Of a DNA stretch of 64,000 nt, positions 37,405-46,657 are shown piece by piece. Origin of the DNA: Rhodosorus marinus CCMP1338 (Eukaryota; Plantae; Rhodophyta); NCBI GenBank assembly GCA_029953675.1, contig JAMWBK010000004.1, forward strand, positions 1,612,001-1,676,000, given 5' to 3'. A program made the translations under genes and the position numbers. Position 1 is the stretch's first letter. Each line of letters begins with the position of its first letter. The notes under the pieces are model-generated. The model was not told the DNA's origin. It did not search any database and was given only the letters and a program-made list of their open reading frames with translations.

Positions 37405-38135
37405 AAGTGGATTCTCCCGTCAAGATTTGGAGAGGAATGAATGCCCACAGGTGGAAGAACAGATTTCTCGGCTAAACGTGTGTTGAACAGTACACAGTTT
37501 TTGCCGAGCTTGCAGGCCTCCAGTCGATGCCTTGCGTTACATGTGATGATAACGCATTCCGAGCTGTGATTTTCAGGTCGAGCTGGTTGCAAGAGCCTCT
37601 CAGCGAAGCCTTTGGAATCTTTGTCATCCTTCTTTGCCGTGCGCCTCAAATTTCTCCTAAACGAGACGAGAGTCACTCCATACAGTCGCTGCCTCCCGCT
37701 CTGTCGCACCAGCTCGAGCTGGCCCTTCAGAAGCACAGTCATCGATGAGATGAAGATCTTGGATAGTGAAAATCCGTACTGAAGTTGCCTGGCCTCTGCT
37801 TTGTCTCGATTTCAAAGTGTTTAAAAAGAACTCCGCGGGGACTACAAGAATATTCCAGAACACAGCGACTGCAGAAAGTGAATTCTCTCGTCTCGATTTG
37901 GAGAGAAACGAGGACAATAGAGGAATCACAGGTTCCTAGCTTGGACGCTTTCTGAACAGCAAGCAGCTTACGAATCTCGCGGGCCTCTAGTCAACGCCTT
38001 TCCTTCATATCCGCAGAACACATCCCCAGAAGTGATTTTTTTTCAAGCCGAACTCATGCAATAGTTCTGAAGGAAGCCTTTGGAATCTTTCTCATACTCT
38101 GTTTCGTTTCCTATTGAACCTTTAATTCTGTTTGG
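37405..38135. repeat. diverged ~250-bp direct repeat pair (period ~470 bp)
   Basis: GTG(G/A)ATTCTC.CGTC..GATTTGGAGAG at ~37408 and ~37878; GAAGCCTTTGGAATCTTT.TCAT at ~37606 and ~38074; partial echo near 38208. Confidence 0.7.
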
Positions 38136-39011
38136 ACCTTCACATACCTAGCCGCGAAGCTCGCAACTACTCCGAATGTACACAAAAGCTCGGCCGCATA
38201 AACGCTGCCGCTTTTGGAATCTTCCTATGAATAAACGATGAAAATTCAATCCCTTCATCGCCAAAACTTTTTTGGGTCATCTTCTTCCCTAAAGTTGAGC
38301 TGGACGAGTTTGGGGCCTCGGCGGGCGAACCCGCACAAGTAACTGTTAACCTTTACTCGGCAGCTACCTACTACAACGCAACACTGGTTCTATCACATAT
38401 CTAAGGGGGAAACCCGTGAGCATTTGATCTGCACGATTGGAAGTTGGGTAAACAGGTGACAACTTGATCTTGGCTTGCGGGTAGGCGATGAGATCCCCAC
38501 AAAAAAAAACACACGAAACGGTTCTCTGCTTCGGAATGGTGACCTTTCAAAGTAAGGCAAGAGGTCGCATAGATACTGGAAGCTGTAACAACTGCTGACT
38601 TGCTCTCCAAGACAATGCGAAAAAAGTGCGTTGATCACTCCCGAGGGACCTCTTTGTATCTGAATTGGATTGTAATGAGGTTTTCAGACAGGGTTTTGAG
38701 TTGGGAAACGGATTTCGGGGATTGTCACGGCCGTTAATAACAACGGATTGATCTTTGCAGAAGGAATCTCTTGCTCGTGAGACCTTGCGAAACTTTTAGA
38801 CTGACTTTTCTGAAGAAGGAAAGTCTTCTGAAGCTGACATGGTTAAAGATGGACGTGTTCTGTAGATAAGTAGGTCCCCACCGAGTGATACTTTTGTTTG
38901 TAGGGTGGGTGGGAGGGTGGTGGTTGGTTGGAGCTGCCTTTTTGTTTGACAAGGCTGGAAAGGCTTTTGGTGTGTGTTTTTTTCTTGGGTTGGAAGAGAT
39001 TGGAGGGAAAG

Positions 39012-41339
39012 ATGAGCTCCACAAATGGAGTAGCGGGAGCCTTGCTGAAGCTGGCGAGGTCGAGGATGACGATTGTATCGGCCGTGACGTACCTATGTGC
39101 ATCGGTGCTTGCCCCCGTTAAGTTTCGGATCTGGGGGTATCTGGCTGGTTACTTGTTCGTCTTCGTGACGCAGCTGCAGACCCATTATCTAGGGGAGTAC
39201 TTTGATAGAGATTCAGATCGCATGAATAGGTACTCAGGTGGCTTGACAGGAGGCAGCGGAGCCCTGCGCGACAGCGTCTACGAAAAACTAGCGCTTTACG
39301 GTGGCATTTTTCTGACGTTGCTATCAGCGACCATAATCTACACGATCCTACCTGCCGAGGTTCGGCCACTGGCTCTGGTAATGCTGATATTCGCAAATCA
39401 GTACTCGAGTCCCCCGCTCATCTTGAACCACAGAGCGCTTGGGGAAATCACCGCTACGACTATCTCGAATTTCCTCCTGCCAACGTTTGCGTACATGGTT
39501 CAGATCTCCGGCCAAGAAGAATTCGACTGGTGGACCCTCTGGTACAACTACAAACTGCTTATCGTTCCCCCGGCGCTTCTAAAAGTGTGCCTGTTCCTCG
39601 TGCTGAATATGAACGATCGGAGAGCAGACTGGCAGGGACACAAGACTACCATCCCCGTCCTTTTGGACGAGGCTAACTCCGCCAAACTGCATCTTGTACT
39701 CAGCGGGTTGGCGTACCTCGCGGCTGTGGTGAGCACGGACTATCACCGGCCCCGTGAGATCATCGGTATGGTTCTGGTGGAGGCCACATTCCCCCTGAGT
39801 CTGATCATATCCAGGAAGCTACTTTTTGAGAGAGAATTCCGGCTTGCGAATATGGTCAAGCTCTCCTTTCTGCACGCGCCGCTGCCGGTTAACCTGCTGC
39901 TTCTCAACGGCTTGGTCTGGCGAGCGATCGATTGGTCTGACGCGATCTTCCCAATGATGATGACCGCCATCTACATCTACCTGCAGGCAAGTCCGCTTCT
40001 GGCGCTCGCAGTCAGCGTGGAATCGGCGAGTGAACAAAGGCCGCCAGAAGTGGAATGGATAAACGAAGATTCAAAAGTGATCCTTGTGGGCGCTGGACTA
40101 AGTGGACTGTCCATGGCCCTGTTCCTGAGTCATATGCACGTTCCGTTCGTGGTCATTGAGGAGAGGACTCCGGAGGAGGTGTTGGGTGGGGCCTGCTGTT
40201 CTCTGTGGTCGCCGGCGATTAAAGCTCTAGAGGAGGCCGGGCTGCTGCACCACTTTTGGGAAGAAAAGTCCAGAATCATCAGTGGATTGGAGATTATCGA
40301 CGACAAGAATAAGTGCTCAACGGTGAGCATTGGAGATATTGTCGGCGATTCCAACACGGAGGGCTTTGTCCTGATCTCGAGGTCTTCTCTGATCGAGGCT
40401 ATGAGGGTCCTTGTCCCTCGAGGCAGGATTCATTATGGACAGAAGCTTACTGATCTGAAGATGGAAGCAGACAGGGTCGTTTTGAAGTCATCCACGGTAG
40501 TGGAAGATGGTGAAAGCGAGATGGAGTTCACTGGGCGTGTTGTCGTTGGATGCGACGGCGCACATTCCGTAACAAGGAAGCACTTGTTTGGGGATGAGGA
40601 GCTGAGTTTCCAGTACGAGGTGGCGCATCGAGGGGAAATTGAGTGTTCTGATGAATCCAGTGCTCGTTTAAAGCAGCTCATGAGCCGTAGCTCTGAGGAT
40701 GCGGTGCTCACGATCAAACACAAGCATGGCCTTGAGTACTCAGCCGGGTTTCTGAATTCTGAAGAAAATCGAATATACTGGTTTGTTAGACAGCCGAGCC
40801 TTATTCGGGCTGAGGAGATGACGCCGTTCTCTATAGAGCAGTGCGTCTCTGCGTGGACTCCGGCCTTGAGGGAGTGCTTTGCTCAGACAGATCCCGCGCT
40901 TCGAACCGTTTATTCCATAGACGATGCAAAGAGATTGCAGCGTCTGAGCTCAGATCGAGGAGTGTTAATTGGCGATGCGGCGCACCCTGTGACGGCGAAC
41001 ATGATGGAAGGTGCGAGCCTCTCTGTAGAAGATGCGCTAACGCTGGCAGTGCTTTTGAGGGACTACGTTGCCTATGAAGACGGCCATGTCGAGGCATTCT
41101 ACAAGTTTGAGCGAAGGAGGCAGCGTTACATCCGAGCTGCTGCGGTACAGGCCAAGCGAATGATGAACAATCGAATCGGCAGCTTGTTACCAGCGACGCT
41201 TGTTAAAATACTACCGGAGATGCCCCCCTCAGAATCCTTAAAGCGTAGTCTGCGGCAGACCAAGATCGCCCAGGTGGATGATCTGATCGCCAGACTGAGT
41301 GACTATCACACCGAAAAACAGCCTCTGCTGTCACCGTAG
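39012..41339 (+). CDS. fusion protein: MenA/UBIAD1-type UbiA prenyltransferase (N-terminal, multi-TM) + class-A FAD-dependent monooxygenase (C-terminal); intronless
   Basis: Single ORF. UbiA motifs THYLGEYFDRDSD..N...TGGSGAL, YSSPPLILNHRALGE, LNMNDRRADWQGHKTTIPVLL. FMO motifs VILVGAGLSG (GxGxxG), VVGCDGAHSVTR (DG), LIGDAAHPVTANMMEGASLSVEDA (GD). Confidence 0.9.
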   Translation: MSSTNGVAGALLKLARSRMTIVSAVTYLCASVLAPVKFRIWGYLAGYLFVFVTQLQTHYLGEYFDRDSDRMNRYSGGLTGGSGALRDSVYEKLALYGGIFLTLLSATIIYTILPAEVRPLALVMLIFANQYSSPPLILNHRALGEITATTISNFLLPTFAYMVQISGQEEFDWWTLWYNYKLLIVPPALLKVCLFLVLNMNDRRADWQGHKTTIPVLLDEANSAKLHLVLSGLAYLAAVVSTDYHRPREIIGMVLVEATFPLSLIISRKLLFEREFRLANMVKLSFLHAPLPVNLLLLNGLVWRAIDWSDAIFPMMMTAIYIYLQASPLLALAVSVESASEQRPPEVEWINEDSKVILVGAGLSGLSMALFLSHMHVPFVVIEERTPEEVLGGACCSLWSPAIKALEEAGLLHHFWEEKSRIISGLEIIDDKNKCSTVSIGDIVGDSNTEGFVLISRSSLIEAMRVLVPRGRIHYGQKLTDLKMEADRVVLKSSTVVEDGESEMEFTGRVVVGCDGAHSVTRKHLFGDEELSFQYEVAHRGEIECSDESSARLKQLMSRSSEDAVLTIKHKHGLEYSAGFLNSEENRIYWFVRQPSLIRAEEMTPFSIEQCVSAWTPALRECFAQTDPALRTVYSIDDAKRLQRLSSDRGVLIGDAAHPVTANMMEGASLSVEDALTLAVLLRDYVAYEDGHVEAFYKFERRRQRYIRAAAVQAKRMMNNRIGSLLPATLVKILPEMPPSESLKRSLRQTKIAQVDDLIARLSDYHTEKQPLLSP

Positions 41340-42181
41340 CCGAGCCCTAATGCGTCGACGGTGAACGCAAGGCGCTCCGAGAAAGAGCGCTGGATGGGAA
41401 AGCAGAATGGAAGCTTGTAGTTTATGCATCAAGAGCTACAGGTGCACAGCTGCGGGTGTACTAAATAACCAAGTAGCAGCTGGGACCGAATAGAATCTCC
41501 GGAATACCGGTCACTATTGTAAGGCCGTGATTACTACTCACCGCTCACATGCGTCAATTGTTGAACAAGAATATAATCTATTTGATGAAGAAAGGAAGAT
41601 CGCCCATAAATTGTACGAAGCGAACTGGAAATGATGATTGTCCATCCAGTTTCATTTACTTTTTGAGTTGAAATCGGTGTGGAGAGGGCCTGGTGAGTAA
41701 GCTGTTGCCCGATGGACACGACAGCTGAGAGCAGGGGTTTGCAGAACCTGAACATATCGTGGCGCTTGAGTTGCATATCTTAAGCTCGCTTCCGAAGCAT
41801 CCACTTCCGTCGAATCTTTTGATAATCCGCTGGGTGAGAATCTCTGTGCTTACAGACCTCCATTTATTCCTGCTCCGAACCACAACAGGAGTAAAAGCGA
41901 AAAACGGAGCTGAACCTACCCACCGACGAAGGAGAAGAGGAAAGAACGTCGTATCAAAAGTCGTCCAGCACAGAACCAGGGCTTGCGTATACAGCGCGGA
42001 GACTCGTTCATTCAAAAACTAAGAAACGAACGAAACAAAAAGAGACCAACCTCAAAAACGCCGACCGCCCACTTCAATACAGAACAACCCGAATATACAT
42101 CATACCGCTACTCGAGAGAAAACAAACACGAGAGGGTGAACGAGTACCACTCCACGTCAGGGACAAGAAGAGCGGCTGAAC

Positions 42182-43035
42182 CTTCACCAACCCAAAGGCC
42201 TGTAAACCGAGAAGATATGGGAAGAGAGAGCCCGCGACAAACGTGCGCTTGTTCATTTGTAGAGGGCTTTTGGGTTGGCCGTCCCATCCCACGCTCCCGA
42301 TTGAAAAAAAGAATGGCTCTGATGTTTTTGTTGTAGTTTTATTCCAAAACCAAGAAACGCAGCAGCGCCACAAAAAGCCGCAACCTCGAGCAATCTAGTT
42401 TATTTGATATTTCAATACTGCCGGTATTGTGCCAGCAAATGGAGGATGAGCTATATTTAGATCATAACGAGCGTCGAGCAGGAGAGCGAGAAGTTGGTGC
42501 GATTGTTAGGGCCATAGGGCATGCCGTGTGCAGGTTTCATTAGGGCATAGTTGATAATAAACTCGTTCGTGAAGCAGTTTATAGGGCAATAGGGTTGAGT
42601 CAGCTATAGGGCATGCCCTATGTTGGTCGACAGTTTTTTTAAAATTCATGGATTTCCGTTGTTGATGTCTAAAATTAACTATTTTGAGGTACATTCGCAA
42701 CAATAAAGAGCAAATCATTTCTCTACGAAGCAAACGAATTATTCAACTGAAGTGCTCTATGAGGAGGGAGACCTGCTTTCACGACGCAAGTTAGAGGAAA
42801 AATTGAACCATATCGAAACTACAGACGGATGTGGTGCTCCAAGCACACTTTCACCGACCCAAATGGCCTGTAAACGGAGAAGATATGGGAAGAGAGACCC
42901 CGCGACAAACGTGTGCTTGTTCTTTTGTAGAGGGCAACTTTTGGGTGGCCGTCCCATCCCACCAACCCGCTGGAAATCGAGAACGGCATGATGTTTTCGT
43001 TGTAGTTTTATGCCAAAACCAAGAAACCCAGCGGC
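42182..43035. repeat. diverged ~185-bp direct repeat pair (42182-42365 and 42849-43035)
   Basis: Both copies carry TTCACC.ACCCAAA.GGCCTGTAAAC.GAGAAGATATGGGAAGAGAGA.CCCGCGACAAACGTG.GCTTGTTC...GGCCGTCCCATCCCAC...TTGTAGTTTTAT.CCAAAACCAAGAAAC. Confidence 0.9.
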
Positions 43036-43348
43036 TTTTTGACGCGGGCCGGTCGGAAAACGACGATTAGACCAGGGAATGGGGGCCACAACATATGCAC
43101 ACCTACCATAGCATAGGTTCTTGCTCGAGCAATACCACTAGAGTTCCCCACTCCCTTATCCTTCCAATAAAAGCCGGTATTACAAGCTCAAACCCCCTTA
43201 TCCCATCCGTTTGTCAACAATCCGTCAAGCTTCTCTATAAAGTTTCCCAACCAATGCACCTACCTTGGCATAGGGCATCAAAGTTTTAGATGTAAACGAG
43301 TCGCTCGGAAAACGAAGGATAAATCCAGGGAATGTGTGGTCATGACCC

Positions 43349-43418
43349 CACAACATATGCCTTAGCCGTTAGAGAAGCATCACCACAACATATGCCTTAG
43401 CCGTTAGAGAAGCATCAC
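43349..43418. repeat. perfect 35-bp tandem duplication
   Basis: CACAACATATGCCTTAGCCGTTAGAGAAGCATCAC x2 (43349-43383, 43384-43418). Confidence 0.95.
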
Positions 43419-44441
43419 CCCCATGCACTGGGGCCTGCCGTGGCGTGGCCTTTGATGTATATATGGAAGAAGTTAAAAACTGTTAACTTGAACAGTACGA
43501 ATCAGGCAAATACTGTCGATAATCTATGAAAATACATATTGTGTAAACTGAATTAGAATTAGGAAGTCCAGTAGGCTTTTTTTTTCTTACATAAAAATAG
43601 AAAGAAGCAAATAATTACGTCTTACTAGGATGTTTACTTCCCCTTTAAAACAAACCCCCCGGGGGAATAAAATTTCCCTGATGACATACTGAAAAAGAGC
43701 GTTCGTTAACCGTTGGTAACCAGAAGCTCTAGATCAAGGGGAAATACTGAAAATATGGCGTAAAATATCTCTAGATCAAAGGCAAAAAGTGAAAATATTT
43801 AAATTAATTCCCATATTTTGGGAACCTATTTCCAAAAACTAGACCTCGAAGTTTCATCACTCCCTTCGTTTGTTCAGCAAATTGTCTTTCTCATCCTTTT
43901 CCTGACATACTCTTCATTTGGGTTTGGGAGAGGCGTAGTACGACAGACATTATTTGTTTTTTTATCCAAAACTTTTCTCCCCTCTTTTCGGTTTGACGGG
44001 GGTGGCCAAGAATTTAGCTCACGTTCCCCCCCTACTTTCATTTTTCTTACATTCACCGCTTATTTCCTTTTATTTGTCAAGCGTTTCAGTTTGAAGTGCA
44101 AACAATTCGGACCAGCCCCATGTGCTTTTTTAAATAAAAAACAAGTTGATGTGTCAGATGAAAGCGATTTCAAATAAATTAAAAATAATTTTAGTTAAAG
44201 GAAAAAAGGGGGGGGGGGGGGATGAAAAATGGAGGATTTTGCATTCGAGTTGGTTGCAGAAATGGAGTGGATGCATACTGTTTGTAGCTGTGGGGATGGG
44301 GTAAGGAGGAGACGAGAGATGAGGAGGGGAATGTAGAAGGAGGCTGGAGAAGCAGACCTGGAAAACCTTCTTATCTTTTTTATCCTTATTATTTTAGCCT
44401 CTGTAGAAGGTTTTTTTTAGAGTTTGGAGTTGACCTCAAGG

Positions 44442-45884
44442 ATGTGTGTTGAGCCTGGAGGTGGGGGTGCGAAGAAGACTGTTGTCTTGAACGTGGTGGC
44501 GTTGACGAAGGACTATTTGTCGGAGGAGGACACGCCCAACATGTGGAATTTTACGAACGGAGGAGGGGACGCTGTGAATTTGATGCCCCCGCTTCCGGCT
44601 GTGACTTGCGTATCGCAGGCGACGTATCTGACTGGCGTCAACCCGTCCGAGCACGGAGTTACTGCGAATGGGTATTATGACGAGGAGCTGAAGCAGATTG
44701 TAAATTGGCACCAGAGCGCCGGGAATGTGAAAGCAGAGAGGTTGTACGCTAAACTGAAGAAGGCGGATCCCAACGCAACTGTTTTCGTTCACACGTGGTG
44801 GCATTCCATGTACGACGAGAACATTGACTACTGCGTTACAGTTCGACCGGAGTACTGCTCAAATGGGAAGAAGATTCCAAACTCTTACACAAAGCCACAC
44901 TCGATGAGAGACCAACTTCATCAGAAATTCGGAAAGTACCCACTTCATCGGTTTTGGGGACCGCTAACTAGCATCCAATCGTCCAGGTGGATCGCGAATA
45001 CTGCTATGGAAGTGGATAAAATGCATGATCCGACCCTTACGATGATCTACCTTCCGCACTTGGACTATTCCCTGCAGAAATACGGAACAGACAAGAGAAT
45101 GAAACACGTAAAAGAGGATCTTAAAATGATTGACGAAGTGGTAGGCGATCTCGTCAGCTACTACCGAGGGAAAGAAGCCGAGGTCGTGATTCTCTCCGAG
45201 TATGGTATATCGCCCGTCACTCGTGCTGTGGATATCAATCGCGTTTTACGAAAGGCCGGCTATATTTCAGTCATAAAGGAACGACAGGGTGAAACTCTGG
45301 ACTACGGAGCGAGCAGAGCCTTTGCTACTGTGGAGCATCAGGTAGCACATGTTCACGTGAACGATAAGACTGCCACTGAGGACGTTAGAAAGCTCCTTTT
45401 GGGTGTCGATGGTATTGCGAAGGTTCTTTCGGAGAGTGAGATGGACCAGACTTACCACGCAGGCAGATGCGGGGACCTCCTCTGCGTAGCTGAACCGGAT
45501 TCATGGTTTACATATTATTTCTGGGAGGAAGAGAAGATGGCACCAGATTACGCTCACTGCGTTGACATACACACGAAGCCTGGCTACGATCCAACGGAGA
45601 TGTTCCTCCGATTCGATAAGCCGGTTCAGCTGTTCGGGTTGATTCATCTCGTTTTCAAAGCCGTGCTCTCACAATTGGTGGGGATACGCACTCTCGTAGA
45701 TGCCACTCCAACTGAAAGGGCGTCAGAAATCCGCGGATCCCATGGAACACTTCCAACTGAGGAGAAATACATGCCACTTTTGTCGAATAGAACAATACGT
45801 GAACTCGTCGGTCATGATAGATCCGTGCCAGTGCCGGCAACGGACGTTTGCAGTCTATTAATGAAAGTCTTGCTTGGAAAGTGA
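44442..45884 (+). CDS. alkaline-phosphatase-superfamily nucleotide pyrophosphatase/phosphodiesterase, EboF-like (bacterial type); intronless
   Basis: KTVVLNVVALT, PLPAVTCVSQATYLTG..PSEHGVTANGYY, NWHQS, YPLHRFWGP..SIQSSRWIA, IYLPHLDYSLQKYG, ILSEYGI, SRAFA..EHQVAHVHVN, WFTYYFW...APDYAHCVDIHTKPGYDP.E, IRGSHG. This pattern matches the EboF-type family I recall from bacterial ebo clusters. Confidence 0.85.
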   Translation: MCVEPGGGGAKKTVVLNVVALTKDYLSEEDTPNMWNFTNGGGDAVNLMPPLPAVTCVSQATYLTGVNPSEHGVTANGYYDEELKQIVNWHQSAGNVKAERLYAKLKKADPNATVFVHTWWHSMYDENIDYCVTVRPEYCSNGKKIPNSYTKPHSMRDQLHQKFGKYPLHRFWGPLTSIQSSRWIANTAMEVDKMHDPTLTMIYLPHLDYSLQKYGTDKRMKHVKEDLKMIDEVVGDLVSYYRGKEAEVVILSEYGISPVTRAVDINRVLRKAGYISVIKERQGETLDYGASRAFATVEHQVAHVHVNDKTATEDVRKLLLGVDGIAKVLSESEMDQTYHAGRCGDLLCVAEPDSWFTYYFWEEEKMAPDYAHCVDIHTKPGYDPTEMFLRFDKPVQLFGLIHLVFKAVLSQLVGIRTLVDATPTERASEIRGSHGTLPTEEKYMPLLSNRTIRELVGHDRSVPVPATDVCSLLMKVLLGK

Positions 45885-46657
45885 TCGACTAAATAATTTA
45901 TTAATCATGTCCTTAATTGAATCATTCGCTGCCCGCAAATCCCGAAAGGCAATCCTGATTCCAGCGAACGCCGTTCACAGACGCACGCACGCGCGACGGG
46001 TGGCTAGCCCCTGCGTCCTTCCTCCGCTGCCCACTGATGACTAGTGCTCACCCAGTTCTCTTGCTCACGGCTTTACACCAGCAATTCTGTGGCGCAGGTT
46101 ACGCCTGTACGCGCACCATGAAGCTCTCACGACAGACCAAAGCCACCTCTGTCTCACATTGGATTTACAGAAAAGCTCGAACAGAATTCCGGGTCGATAA
46201 AGAAACGTGAAGCGCTAGAAAAACTAGTCTATCCATCGAATGCAGACTAGGAACCATTCACACATTCAGACCTCTCCCGCCCTCCCACTTCTCTCTCTGC
46301 CTCGCTCGATCTGCCCTCTTTCTCAGCACCCAGTCTCGACCGAATATACTAGAATCTGGTATTACATCAGATTACCAATTTATTTATTTATTTTCAAGAT
46401 CGAATATTGGAATCAGGTTTAGTTTACTAGAATCTGGTATTAAGGAACTTCTGTTGGGTTCGCGAAGTCCCAACGAGAGGGGATGGATTGATGCTGGTGA
46501 GGATTGATATGACTGGGACTGCATCTCTGACTGTTTTAGCTTGTTTTTGAGAACGAACGAAGAGGCTAACGATCCAAAGTTATGTGAATAGCTGCGTTGC
46601 CTGAGCTTGTCATTGTTTTGTTTCTTTTGTTTTTGTGGGCTTGAGGTCGGCCGAAGG

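Noticed and set aside
39012-39960. calling the UbiA domain EboC, and hence the locus a true ebo operon
   Set aside because: Motifs look MenA/UBIAD1-like rather than EboC-like, and no eboA/B/D/E homologue is visible in the window.
43349-43418. 35-bp repeat as a possible CRISPR array
   Set aside because: Only two abutting copies with no spacer, no cas genes, eukaryotic context.
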